In this document: positions 12,800 through 25,249 of the stretch, in pieces | How the letters are laid out: each line of letters opens with the position of its first letter | Position numbering within the stretch: the first letter of the stretch is position 1 | From: Eledone cirrhosa | Lineage: Eukaryota | NCBI GenBank assembly: GCA_964016885.1 | Contig: OZ024744.1 | Coordinates: 32,612,001-32,676,000 of the forward strand | Direction: 5' to 3' | Length of the DNA stretch: 64,000 nucleotides | The notes under the pieces: generated by a model | Database searches by the model: none | What the model saw: the letters and a program-made list of their open reading frames with translations, nothing else | Told to the model about the DNA's origin: nothing | Made by a program: the position numbers and the translations under genes

Positions 12800-15700
12800 A
12801 TGGATGTGTTAAGAGTAGGATGTTTGAATGCACGTGGCCTGGGCTCAACTTGGAAGCAAGCAAAGCTTCTAAATGACCTCAGGTCATGTAGTATAAATGT
12901 AATGGTTATCTGTGAGACTCGAATCAGCGTCGTGCGGCAGCTGGCCCCCACCTTCGATGACTTTGAGGTGCATGCATCTCTCTGTCAACCTGGAGGTGGG
13001 GGTGGGGTTGTCGTACTGCTGCAAAAACACCTGGGTCTTGCCGTACAGGTTGTGCACTCGGACCCGGAGGGTCGTTTGTTGGTGCTAGACGTTGGCAGTA
13101 GTGAAAGTGCGGCCTTGAGACTGGTCGCCGTCTACTCCCCTTTCGGAGCTGAACGGCCCGACTTCTTCCAGCGTTTGGAGACTTTTCTGGGAACGTCGCG
13201 TTCCCTGCTTCTAGCGAGGGATTGGAATGACATCCTGGATGCACGTTGGGACTATGCAGGAGCATGTCCTAATAGAGGGGGGTGTAACAGCCTCAAGGGG
13301 TTACTCGACCGTTTTAACTTGGTCGATAGATATCGACTAGATTTTCCAACTGTGCCTACCTGGACTTGGAGAAACCACAGTGGTCAATCTAGATCGTACT
13401 TAGATAGATTCTTAGTTAGAAGTAAGGATAGGGACATATTAAGCACGGTTGGCTACACGGATCACAAATTAGTGACCTGCGTGGTCAATCTCGAGAAAAC
13501 ACATAGACAGGGTCCCGGTTACTGGAAACTTAATTTGTCTTTACCGGCAAAAGAGACTTACAGAAACCGGATTAGCAGATTAGTTAAGGAGAGGTTGACG
13601 GGTGCAATCGTCAACAACCGATGGTGGGCATCTCTCAAAAGAGAGATTAGAACAGAATCAATAAGTTATAGCAAGATGTTAGCTGCCGATAGGAATAGAA
13701 ACGAGAAAGAATTAAGAGGTAAATTAGAAGAGGCAATCAAGAGCGAAGATGTGGCCAGAGTGCTGGCATCGAGGACGGCCTTGAACCAGTTTTTCGATGC
13801 AAAGCACGAAGGCTGCGTCATCCGAAGTAAAATACGTGCTCTAGGTAATGAGGGGGCCAAAGCCGTTGGATGGGCCCGCGTGACAGAAGCTAAGAGTGGA
13901 AATCGATCCACCATCCGGTCGTTGCAAGACGAAGATGGACGGGTGATCCGGGAGCCTAAGCAAATGTGCGAGGCCTTTCAAAGGCACTTTGCCCGATTGT
14001 TCGGGGGAGGCGAGGGTCCGGGCGGGGGCGTGGATTTCGGTCCATACCTCGAAGGCCTGCCGCGTCTCTCGAACGAAGAGGCAGAGTCCTGCGAGGAACC
14101 AATATCGGCTGATGAGATCCGAGATGCGCTGAGCCAATGCAGCAGACGCAAATCTCCAGGTCTCGATGGTATACCTTACGAACTTTATTTAGCAATGCCG
14201 GTCTTCTTCTCCGAACTCCTCGAAGCGGTCTACTGCAATTGGCAGCAGAACGGGAGAATTCCTTGTTCTGTAGCCAAGGGCGTAGTCACGCTGGTGAGGA
14301 AGGACGAGAACAAGGGGGATAATATAAATAATTTTCGGCCCATAACCCTGCTAAACACAGAGTTAAAGATTTTGGCCAAGGTGTTAGCAAAGAGGTTGGC
14401 GCTTGTCGTGGGTGGCCTGGTGGGAGATGCGCAGACATGTGCTATCCCATCCAGGTCCATTCACGATAACCTCCACCTCATGCGATACATCATAGAGAGG
14501 GTTGGCAACAAACCCGGCTTCGGTGGGGCCCTGATAAACTTAGATCAGTCTAAGGCCTTCGATAGGGTCGACCATGGTTACCTGGATGCGGTGCTAGCGG
14601 CGGCTGGGTTCGGTCCTGTTTTCAGAGGCTGGATCAATGCCCTACATAGCAACCACATCTGTTCTAGGATCAAGGTGAACGGCTACCTTTCGAAGCCGTT
14701 CGAAATCACACGATCCATTCGACAGGGGTGCCCTCTCTCCTCCCTTCTGTACGTATTGACTCTCGAGCCTTTACTGAGGAAGTTGGAGTTGTTGCAGGGT
14801 ATCCCCCTGGAACCAGGATTGAGCAAAGCGGTGTCGGCCTACGCCGATGACGTAACAGTAATGGTATCAACCGACTCGGAGATCGAGGCGATCGGTACCT
14901 TACTGGAGGAGTACGAAAGGTTGTCAGGAGCGAAACTGAACCGGGAAAAATCCATCGGGCTGCAACTCGGAACGTGGAGAGGCAGACCGATGCCTCCTGA
15001 CGGTGTCGTCGGACACTGGACGGAGGGCCCGGTAAAGTTGGTTGGGGTCTGGTTTGGACCGGACCTCCAGGTGGAAAAGAACTGGAACGTGGTTACGAAC
15101 AAGGTGTTTGCACTAACCCAGAAATGGGCCAAGTGTAAGCTGTCCCTAAAAGGCCGGGCGGAGGTGGCGAACATTTACATAGCGTCCGTCACTTACTACC
15201 GCCTGACTGTCGTGCCTTGCCCTAAGGAAACACTCACCACCATGGAACGCATGCTCTTCCAATTTCTTTGGAAGAAGCGTCCTCCTATGGTGAGAAGATC
15301 CATCTGCTGCCAACAACCTTCGAAAGGAGGGCTGGGGATGCCGTGGTTGATGATGCGTAGGCACGCATTAAGGCTACGGCACCTACAGGTATTCCTCACT
15401 GGTCAACCGGTGTGGGCTCCGTTCGTGAAACGAGCCTTTCCGAGACTCGTCTCGCTCATTGAGCTACAGTCCTGGGTCAAGCAAAGATCCGGAAAACTGG
15501 GAGACTGGCACACTGAGTGTGCTCAGGCGCTCAGGGCTCTCTGGCAAGCGGGCCAGGCCATCGGTGGAGAATCCACCTCAACATTCTATAGAGGGCTGGT
15601 GGCTAGCAGGGGCGATGACACCCTTGGAGAGTCGCTGGACATAGAAGAAGACGAACTGGCCAGCCTGTTCGGTAGGACTTTCGGCCCAGGACCAATGGAC

Positions 15701-16222
15701 AACTTCCAGAAGTCACTGGCCTGGCAGTGCTACCGGGGGGCTCTACCCGTTCGAGAGAGGCTCTACAGACACGGGCGCCCGGGCAGGGATCCCTCAAAAA
15801 AGATTTGCCCTAGATGCGTGCGTCACGAAGAAACCGTTGCGCACGCATTGGTGCAATATCCGGGCGTGGCTGATCTGTGGGGCTACGCCGAACGACTGCT
15901 GTCGCGGGTGGCGCTGATTAAATTGACCGCCGAGTCCGTGATGACAATCAAACCGCCTCCCCTCTTCACAAAGGAAGCAAAGGCGGTTTTTCTGTGCGTA
16001 ATAGCCATGTTGAAAGAGGTTGTTTGGTGGACACGATTGAAAGGTCTGAGGTTAGGCAACTTCCTCTCTGGCCATAGTCTGGTCTACTTCTTCCGATATC
16101 ACTTCGGAAGAAGGATAAGAATGGAGGGAGAGGTGCTTGGCCACAGGCAGTTTTATGAAAGGTGGGTGATAGTGGCGAGAATGGCTCGTGTAAATGGGCC
16201 TTCTCTGTATACCATCCTGTAG
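12800..16222 (+). CDS. LINE ORF2 polyprotein, 1140 aa: APE endonuclease + reverse transcriptase + C-terminal zinc finger
   Basis: Uninterrupted ORF with LNARGL, ETR, DWN, SYLDRF, TDH, PGLDG, FRPITLLN, DQSKAFDRV, QGCPLS, YADD and CPRC..ETVAH. Has a small in-frame EN deletion, and the last zinc-finger Cys is Tyr. Confidence 0.95.
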   Translation: MDVLRVGCLNARGLGSTWKQAKLLNDLRSCSINVMVICETRISVVRQLAPTFDDFEVHASLCQPGGGGGVVVLLQKHLGLAVQVVHSDPEGRLLVLDVGSSESAALRLVAVYSPFGAERPDFFQRLETFLGTSRSLLLARDWNDILDARWDYAGACPNRGGCNSLKGLLDRFNLVDRYRLDFPTVPTWTWRNHSGQSRSYLDRFLVRSKDRDILSTVGYTDHKLVTCVVNLEKTHRQGPGYWKLNLSLPAKETYRNRISRLVKERLTGAIVNNRWWASLKREIRTESISYSKMLAADRNRNEKELRGKLEEAIKSEDVARVLASRTALNQFFDAKHEGCVIRSKIRALGNEGAKAVGWARVTEAKSGNRSTIRSLQDEDGRVIREPKQMCEAFQRHFARLFGGGEGPGGGVDFGPYLEGLPRLSNEEAESCEEPISADEIRDALSQCSRRKSPGLDGIPYELYLAMPVFFSELLEAVYCNWQQNGRIPCSVAKGVVTLVRKDENKGDNINNFRPITLLNTELKILAKVLAKRLALVVGGLVGDAQTCAIPSRSIHDNLHLMRYIIERVGNKPGFGGALINLDQSKAFDRVDHGYLDAVLAAAGFGPVFRGWINALHSNHICSRIKVNGYLSKPFEITRSIRQGCPLSSLLYVLTLEPLLRKLELLQGIPLEPGLSKAVSAYADDVTVMVSTDSEIEAIGTLLEEYERLSGAKLNREKSIGLQLGTWRGRPMPPDGVVGHWTEGPVKLVGVWFGPDLQVEKNWNVVTNKVFALTQKWAKCKLSLKGRAEVANIYIASVTYYRLTVVPCPKETLTTMERMLFQFLWKKRPPMVRRSICCQQPSKGGLGMPWLMMRRHALRLRHLQVFLTGQPVWAPFVKRAFPRLVSLIELQSWVKQRSGKLGDWHTECAQALRALWQAGQAIGGESTSTFYRGLVASRGDDTLGESLDIEEDELASLFGRTFGPGPMDNFQKSLAWQCYRGALPVRERLYRHGRPGRDPSKKICPRCVRHEETVAHALVQYPGVADLWGYAERLLSRVALIKLTAESVMTIKPPPLFTKEAKAVFLCVIAMLKEVVWWTRLKGLRLGNFLSGHSLVYFFRYHFGRRIRMEGEVLGHRQFYERWVIVARMARVNGPSLYTIL

Positions 16223-16464
16223 GTAAAGAAGTAAAGGAGAGGGGAGCACCTTCTCCATGTGCTCCCCGGGCAAAGGATTGCACACTTTTTCGGGGGTGTG
16301 TGCAACCCCCATCACGTCCCCTCCCTTTTGAGGTTATTTTCGATTATTTTCATGTTACACCCTTTTTACTCGATTATATGTAAACTCCCCCTTTGTATTT
16401 GTCCCTTCTTTTTATGCCTTTATGGTAAATAAAGAAATCTATCTATCTATCTATCTATCTATCT

Positions 16465-19400
16465 CCAAACTGTAGGGACACACGTGTGAAACTTGCTGGG
16501 TAAGTTCTGCTTAAATTTCTACAAAAAATCTTGACTGTGAGCCTTCATTTTTGTACCAATTTGTATAGGGACTGCCAGGTCAAATTTTGATCTGGTCAGT
16601 CTCTCAAAATATTCTACGCCATTAGGCGAAACAGTTCATGAAAATTTTTTGGGGAAAAACTAACGTTTTAAAAAATATGGCTGAAGTAACATCTTCTTCA
16701 CCAACATTCGAAGGAGGAAATGGGAAGGTATGCTTACAGCTTCCCTCTTCTACTGTCATAGTAGCAGATGTCTCAGTCAAAGGTCACAGAGAGGAAGGAT
16801 TTTCTCCACCTGCTGACCGACAACTTGTAGTTGCCATGGCAACAAACCAAAAACAAAAGTGTGAAACAATGAATAAAACAACACAACCGACACCACCAGC
16901 AACAACAACAATGCTATGAATGAAAACAACACCAACAACAACGAAGACAATACCAATAACAAGAACAACAAAAACAACAATTCCAGCACAAACGAAAACA
17001 GACAAAAAAAAAAAAACGTTTGCAGAAAGCCTTGCCAAAGAGACAGATTTTATAGAAATAAATCTGTCAAACCAAGCGCAGCACCTAAAGGACGCTGCTC
17101 AACATATAGCTTTAGAAGGTAACGGCTTTCGAATAAGTACCCCACCGGAAATTAGGGCCGCGACCTTAAGAAAAACAATTTTCTTCCGGAATACCTGCTC
17201 ACAAACCAAGAAACCGATGGCTTTAAGCAATAGCACGGTGGAAACCGCACTAAATGAGGCGATGCCAGACATGGCTTACCTCCAGAGGGCCAAGCAGTAC
17301 GGGAGCATCTCGGTGCTCTTTTAAAGCGAGGCCCTCGTCCAGAAATATTCGGTGGCTCCAATTAGAACGAGCCAACACATCTTCTGCCCAACATACATGG
17401 GAAGAAGAACACATAAAATAAGGATCTCCCAGATCCCACCGAACACCAACATTTGGTGGATCCTGGGTGGTTTTTTAGAGGAGGGTGAAGACAACCTCCC
17501 TCTCTGTAAAAAAATCAATCTGACAGAACTGCAGCGGGACCTCAATTGAGATTTTAGTTCAAATGAAACCGGAGAGAATTGAAAAATACCGGAAAGGGTG
17601 CCGGTGGATGATAACCATGTTGTCCTCATCGCAGTGGAGGGCAAAAGACCACAATGTTTCAAATGTGGAAAAAACACACATTTAAAAGCATTTTGCCCAA
17701 TGATGGATGTGGAAAAACAAAAGAAGGCGTTGTTGCCAACCCCAAAGCTACAACGGACACACCTAAAAACAAAAAAACACAACCCCCAAACCATCAATAT
17801 TCACCCATCACAAACCACAAAAGACACCACACCAAAAATTCCCCTCAAGGATTCTGTCCCACCCCTTCCCCCTCTGTCCAACACTCCCACAAACATACAC
17901 ACAACCACTCCACCACCACACAACATACCCCTCCCACATACCCACAATGATAACACCTCAGACACGGGAACCTCAACATCTCCAAGTGAGGACGAAGAGG
18001 AACCCCCAAAATCAAAGAAGCAAAAAAGAGACAGAAAAAATACAACCAAACCATCAATTGAAAACACGCACAGACCCAACACTGACATAAACATACCGCC
18101 ACAAACGACAACCACACCAACAACACAACCAGACACTCCACCAACAACACAACCAGACACTCCACCAACAACACAACCAGACACTCTACCAACAAAAAAA
18201 ACACCCACACCACCACAATCACAAACCCGAACCACTAAAAGAAAACTACAAACAGAAACAGTATACATAAAAAACAAAACACATTACATATACATAAAAA
18301 CAAGACACAAAGAACTGGTCGAAACTGTCCGAAAGGACGCCACAATACAAACGGAAGGGAAAAATTTCCCCACCAACGACCCACCCCAAACCTCAAACTT
18401 ATCAGGGTAACAACCGTACAGTACGAAACTTTAAAAGCGAACTTCCCACATGATGTGCCCCCCCCCCTCCAAAAACCCCTTAACCGTGTCCTGCTAAAAG
18501 GATTCCCTCCTTCCCAAAACACCCCCAATTTGGACATGGAGATCCAATAACCCGACCTCCAGGAAACAAAATGGTAAGTGTTCCTGCCTTTTCTCTCCTT
18601 AACTCTTCTTCACCAACATGGCGACTATACAAGCTGGATGTTTGAATATACGTGGCCTGGGCATGCCCTGGAAACAGGGCCAGCTTTTAAATGATCTCAG
18701 GTCACATTGTATAGATGTGATAGCCATCACCGAGTCCAGAATTCACAACAAGCAGCAGCTAACCCTCGTGTTCGATTATTTTGAGATCTACGCATCTCTC
18801 TGTCAGCCAGGAGGTGGAGGGGGAGTTACTGTTCTGTTTCGAAAAACTTGGATCTCTAAGTACTGACGATTCACTTGGACCCGGAAGGCAGCCTAGTGGT
18901 CCTGGACGTGAATGGTAGTGAAGGTAGAGCTTTCAGACTGGTGGCCGTATATGACCCGACCCGGACATCGCAACCAAGTTCTTGAAGCGTCTGGAGCCAT
19001 TCTTGGGAACGTCTCGCTCCTTAGTGTTAGCGGGGGACTGGAATCGCATTTTAGACGCACGTTGGGACTATGTAGGAGCTTGTGATAATAGAGGTGGGTG
19101 TAAAAGCCTCAAAAATCTCATCAGCCAATTCCAACTGGCTGATAGATATCGACTAGACTTCCCACGTGGAGCAACCGCACTGGGTCTTCTAGATCATATT
19201 TAGATAGATTTTTAATTAGACAGAATGATAAGGAAACATTAAACTGTTCGCAAATGCACATGGTTGCCTATTCAGACCACAAAATAGTCACCTGCATAGT
19301 CAACCTTGATGGAACACAAAGACAGCGACCCGGATACTGGAAGCTAAACATGGCGCTCCCGGCGCGAAAGGCCTACAGTAAACGGATTAGCACCTTAGTT

Positions 19401-21818
19401 AAGTGCCAGTTGATGATCGTCAACAACAGGTGGTGGAGCTCTCTCAAGAGAGCAATTAGAATAGAATCGATAGCATTTAGCAAGGAAGTAGCTTTAGAAA
19501 AAAAAACAAAACTGAAAAGGAACTTGTAGCTAAAGTAGAAGAGGCACTTAGGAATGGCAGTACAGCTGACGTGCTAGCGGCGAGAACGTCACTAGACCAG
19601 TTCTTCAACGTGAAACACGAAGGTTGTATTGTCAGATGTAGAACACGTGCTCTAAGAAACGATCGAGCCAAAGCTGTTAGCTGCGCCCCAGTGGCAGAGG
19701 CGAAAAGTGGCAACAAATCCACAATTCGGTCTTTGCAAGACAAAGATGGACGCATTCTACTTGAATCCAAGCAGATTGTGCACGGCCTTCCAGCAGCATT
19801 TAGCACAACTGTTCCGGTAAAGCGGTACGTCGAGCGAGGTGATGACTTGAGTTCCTACCTCAGCGGTGTACCACGACTCTCTCGCGCCGGATGAAGAGAG
19901 CGATCACAGCGGGCCGATCACAGCGGGCGAAATAGAAGATACCCTAGACCTCTGTGGGAAACGCAAATTACCCGGTTTAGATGGTCTACCCTATGAGTTT
20001 TACATAGGGATGCCAGATTTGTTCTCTGGCGACCTCGAAGCGGTCTACTGCAACTGGCAGCAGAACGGGAGGATTCTCAGTTCTGTAGGCAGAGGCTTAG
20101 TAACGCTGATCAGGAAAGATGAGAACAAGGGGGATGAGATAAGCTATTTCAGGCCCATAACCCTGCTCAACACGGAGTTAAAGATTTTGGCCAAGGTGTT
20201 AGCAGCGAGGCTGGCGCTTGTCGTAGAGAACCTAGTAGGGGAAGCGCAAACGTGTGCAATCCCGACCAGGTCCATACACGACAACCTCCACCTCATGCGA
20301 TACATCATAGAGAGGGTAGGGTGTAAACCTGACTTCAGTGGGACTCTGACCAATTTAGATCAGTCTAAGGCATTTGATAGGTTCGACCATCAATACTTAG
20401 AAGCGGTTCTCAAAGCGGCCGGCTTCGGTCCCGTCGTCAGAGGTTGGATCGCTGCCATGCACACCACATCTGCTAGGCAGTCAAGGTGAATGGCTACCTA
20501 ACGGAGCCATTCCACATCATGCGTTCAATTCGTCACGGATGCCCTCTCTCCTCCATTCTGTATGTACTGACTCTCGAGTCATTACTGCGGAAGTTGGAGT
20601 TGTTGCAGGGCATCCCGATCAAACCAGGACTGCGGAAAGCAGCGTCGGCTTAAGCCGACGACATAACCATAATCGTGTCGAAAACATAGGAAATCGTGGT
20701 AATCGGCAACCTATTACAGGAATACGTAACGTTGACAGGAGCAGGACCAAACCCAAACAAGTCTGTCGGTTTGCAACTCGGCACATGGAGAGGCAAACCC
20801 ATGCCTTCCGGCAGTGTCGTTGGACGCTGGACGGAAGGTGGACAAGAACTGGAATGAGGTCTCAGCGAAGGGTGCAAACTCTCCTAGAAAGGTCGAGCGG
20901 AGGTGGCAAACACTTAGATAGGGTCCGTCATCTACTGCCGCTTGACAGTCGTGCCTTGTCCCCACGAATACCTCACCAAAATGGAACGCCTACTCTTAAG
21001 CCCCTCTGGAAGAAACAGGCTCCATTGGTGAGGAGATCCATCTGCTGTCAACACCCTTCTAACGGAGCGCTGGGCATGCCCTCGCTGATGATGCGCAAAC
21101 ACGCGCTGAGGCTACGCCATCTCTAGGTATTCCTGACCGGTGAACCGGTGTGGCTGTCGTTTGTGAGACAAACTCTTCCACAATTCGTGTCACTAACAGA
21201 GCTGCAGATGCGAGCAGGACATCGAAACCGTTCTGCACGCAATTGTTCAGTGCCCAGGAGTGACCGACCTGTAGAATTATGTCGAACAGCTTCTGTCACG
21301 TGTGGCACGCATCCAGTTGCCAGCCGAGTCCATCGTGAGGATCAATCCGCCGCCTTTATTTAAGAATGAAGTAGAGGCGGTTTTCTTCTGTCTGGTGGCT
21401 ATGGCGAAAGAGTTAAAATGACTGAGGGCAAACACCTTTCTCTCCGGACAACAACTTATCCCCTTCTTTAAGTACCACTTTAGAAGGAGGTGAGAGTGGA
21501 GAGAGAGGTGCTACACCCCAGTAAATTCGCTGAAAGGTGGGTGAATGTATATAAACCTGTAGGTTGAGGAAGATAAACAGAGGGAATAAGAGAACACCTA
21601 TAAAACGTGTTCCTGGATTTGAGGGTTGTTCTATCCACGGGGTGTAAAACAACCCTGCAGTAACGTTCCTCCCTATTAGGGATTTCGATTGTTATTTTAT
21701 TATATATAGTTTGTTGTTATTTATTAATGTTAAAGTGATATGATTTTTATGTAAAACCCCCGCCGTCACGTCTTTTAATGTCTCATTTTTGTACGCCTCT
21801 GTGGTAAATAAAGAAAGA
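16465..21818 (+). mobile_element. Tx1-type LINE unit D, full length but decayed with internal deletions
   Basis: ORF1 remnants 16677-18577 (CFKCGKNTHLKAFC), ORF2 remnants 18618-21562, AATAAA at 21807-21812, then (TATC)n. Confidence 0.92.
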
Positions 21819-21838
21819 TATCTATCTATCTATCTATC

Positions 21839-23251
21839 GAGGGTCAAGGTGCTACCTATCGGGGCCGTTCGCAATCACGCGTTCCATTCGACAGGGGTGC
21901 CCTCTCTCCTCCATTATGTATTTATTGACTCTAGAGCCACTACTGCGGAAATTGGAGCTGTTGCAGGGCATCCCTCTAGAACCGGGACTACGCAAAGCGG
22001 CGTCGGCTTATGTCGACGACGTGACGGTAATGGTGTCGGGCCCCTCGGAAATCGGGGTGATCGGCAACTTACTGAAAGAATACGAAACGCTGACTGGAGC
22101 AAAACTAAACCCGGACAAGTCTGTCTATATCTATCTATCTATCCATTTCTCTCTTTATCTATCTATACCGCTTGACGGACGTGCTTTGACCCGTGATCAC
22201 CTCGCCAAAATGGAACGGCTACTGTGCCAGTTTCTTTCGAAGAAACAAGCTCCATTAGTGAGGAGATCCATCTTCTGCCAACACCCTCTAACGGAGGGCT
22301 TGGTATGCCGTGACTGATTATGCGCAAACACGCGATGAGGCTACGGCATCTCCAGGTGTTCCTGACTGGTGAACCAGTGTGGTTGTCGTTTGAGAGACGA
22401 GCATTTCCACAACTAGTCTCGCTAACGGAGTTGCAGTCCTGGGTCAAGCGAAGACCGAAAATGGACGCCTGGCAACCTTGTGTGCGCTCAGACGCTCACA
22501 GCCCTCTACCAAGTGAAAAAAAGCAATCACCGGAGACTCCACGTCAACATTCTGTAGGAGGTTAGTGGTGGATAAGTGCAACGACTTTCTTGGGGAGACT
22601 CTGGGCGCCGAAGAGGATGAACTGTCCAGTCTATTCGGACGGACTTTCCGACCAGGCCCTATGGATAACTTCAAGAGGTCTCTGGCCTGGGAGTGCTACC
22701 GAAGAGCTCTGCCAGTTTGAGACAAGATCTACAGGCACGGACGCTCTGGCAGGGATCCTGCTAAAAGGACCTGTCCAAGATGCGAGCGAGACATTAAAAC
22801 CGTTCTGCACGGAATTGTTCAGTGCCCAGAAGTGACCGACCTGTGGAATTATGTCGAACAGCTACTGTCACGTGTGTGACACATCCAGTTGTCAGCCGAT
22901 TCCATCGTGAGGATCAACCCACCGCCTTCATTTAACAATGAAGGAGAGGAGGTTTTCCTCTGGCTGGTGGCTATGGCGAAAGAGATAATATTGTTGACGA
23001 AGTTGAAAGGACTGAAAAACACCTTCCTCTCTGGACAACAACTCAGTCCCTTCTTTATAAAACATGCTCCTGGAGTTGAGGGTTGTTCTCTCTACGGGGT
23101 GTAAATCAATCCAGTTGTACGTTCCCCCTGTTGGCGATTTCGATTGTTCTTTAATTATTTGATAACTGTTAAAACAAGCTTAAATGTAAAATCTCCGCCA
23201 TACGTCCTGTAATGTCCCATTTCTTGTGCGTCCTTGTGGCAAATAAAGAAA
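21839..23251 (+). mobile_element. Tx1-type LINE unit E, 5'-truncated and decayed
   Basis: RT to 3' UTR remnants; AATAAA at 23242-23247; ATCT-like tracts on both sides and internally at ~22125-22168. Confidence 0.88.
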
Positions 23252-23307
23252 CCTATCCCTCTCTTTCTATCTCTCCCTTTCTCTATCTATCTATCTAGCT
23301 ATCTATA

Positions 23308-24896
23308 CTCCATTCTGTACGTACTGACTCTAGAGCCACTACTGCGGAAGTTGGAGCTGCTGTAGGGCATCCCGTCGGAAATCGGGTCGATCGGCAACTT
23401 ACTGCAGCAATACGAAAGGTTGACAGGAGCAAAACTAAACCTGGACAAGTCTGTCGGTTTGCAGCTCGGAACGTGGAGTGGCAAACCGATGCCGTCCGAC
23501 AGTGTTGTCGGACGCTGGACAGAAGGACCGGTGAAATTGCTCGGGGCCTGGTTTGGTCCAGACCTCCAGGTGGAGAAAAACTGGAACGAGGTCACGGCCA
23601 AGATATTTGCGCTCACCCAGAAGTGGGCAGAGTGCAAACTATCCTTGAAAGGTCGAGCGGACGTGGCGAACACTTTCAAAGCGTTCGTCATCTACTATCG
23701 CTTGACCGTCGTGCCTTGTCCCCGTGAATACCTCACCAAGATGGAACGCATGCTGTTCCACTGGTGAGTAGATCTGTCTGCTGTCAGCACCCTTCCAACG
23801 GAGGGCTGGGAATGCCGAGGCTTATGATGCGCAAACATACGCTGAGGCTACGGCATCTACAGGTATTCCTCACCGACCCCCAACCGGTGTGAGCACCGTT
23901 TGTGAGACAGGCCTTCCCGCAACTTGTCTCGCTGACGGAGCTGCAGTCCTGGGTCAAGGGGAGACCGAAGAGATGGGCGCCTGGCACATTGAATGCGCTC
24001 AGGCTCTCACAGTCCTCTGGCAAGCGGCCACAGCAATCAGTGGAGACTCCACTTCGACATTCTATAGAAGGTTAGTACGTCACAAGGGCGACGACGTGCT
24101 CGGAGAGACTCTAGGCGTCGAAGACGACGAACTCACCAGTCCGTTGGGTAGGACTTTCCGCCCGGGACCTATGGACAACTAGCGAGGAGCTCTACCGGTT
24201 CGTGACAAGATCAACAGGCATGGACGCCTCGGCAGGGATCCTTCCAAGAAGATGTGTCCAAGATGCGAGCAGGACATTGAAACAGTCTTGCACGCAATTG
24301 TACACTACCCGGGCGTAATCGACCTGTGGAAATACGTAGAACAACTGCTGTCGCGTATGGGACAAATGCAGTTGACTGCCGAGTCCATAGTAAGGATCAA
24401 ACCGCCAACTTCTTTCAAAAACGAAAGAGAGGCGGTTTTCCTCTGTATAGTGGTTATATAGTGAACGAGACTGAGAGGACTGAGGACAGATGCCTTTCTC
24501 TCCGGACAACAACTCATTCCCTTCTTTAGGTACCACTTTAGAAGGAGAATCAGAGTGGCGAGAGAGGCACTGTACCACAGTAAAATTACTGAAAGGTGGA
24601 TGAATGTGTCAAAATTGGCCCCAGTGATTAGGCCTTCTCTGTACATAAACCTGTAGGTTAAAAAAGAGAACAAAAGGAAGAAAGGTGCACTTGCACAACA
24701 CGCTCCTGAAGTTGAGGGTTGTTCTATCTACGGGGTATTAAACAGCCCATTTGCAGCGCCCTCCACCCCACCCCATTGGGGATTTCGATTGTTATATTTG
24801 TTTATTTCATATTTTTACACGATTGTATGTAAAATCCCCCGGCATGTGTCTTTGTTTTGTCCCCTTTTCTTGTGCGCCCTTGTGGCTAATAAAGAA
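23308..24896 (+). mobile_element. Tx1-type LINE unit F, 5'-truncated and decayed
   Basis: GLQLGTW...GPDLQVEKNW remnants, stop TAG 24654-24656, AATAAA at 24888-24893, (ATCT)n at 24897-24974. Confidence 0.9.
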
Positions 24897-24974
<78 letters not shown>

Positions 24975-25249
24975 TATCAATCTATTTATCTATATTTATC
25001 TACAATGGTTTACATAAAATAATTTTTCTTATATACAGTATATATAATTTACACACACACACATATATATACATATTTCTCCCCACTTTAACAATTTATT
25101 TCTTCTCACTTATCTCCCTATATATGTTGACAGCTGTTAATAGGTTAAGATTATCTTGTTTGCTGCATAATACTGTAATCTTTATAAGGTTTCTGCTAGT
25201 TTTTTCGTATAGATAACATCAGCTTCAGCATTCAGTAATAAGATGAAGG

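Larger units (their letters stand above)
10631..16436 (+). mobile_element. Tx1-type LINE unit C, full length and best preserved
   Basis: 5' UTR, ORF1, 33-nt spacer, ORF2, 3' UTR, AATAAA at 16428-16433, (ATCT)n on both sides. Confidence 0.95.
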
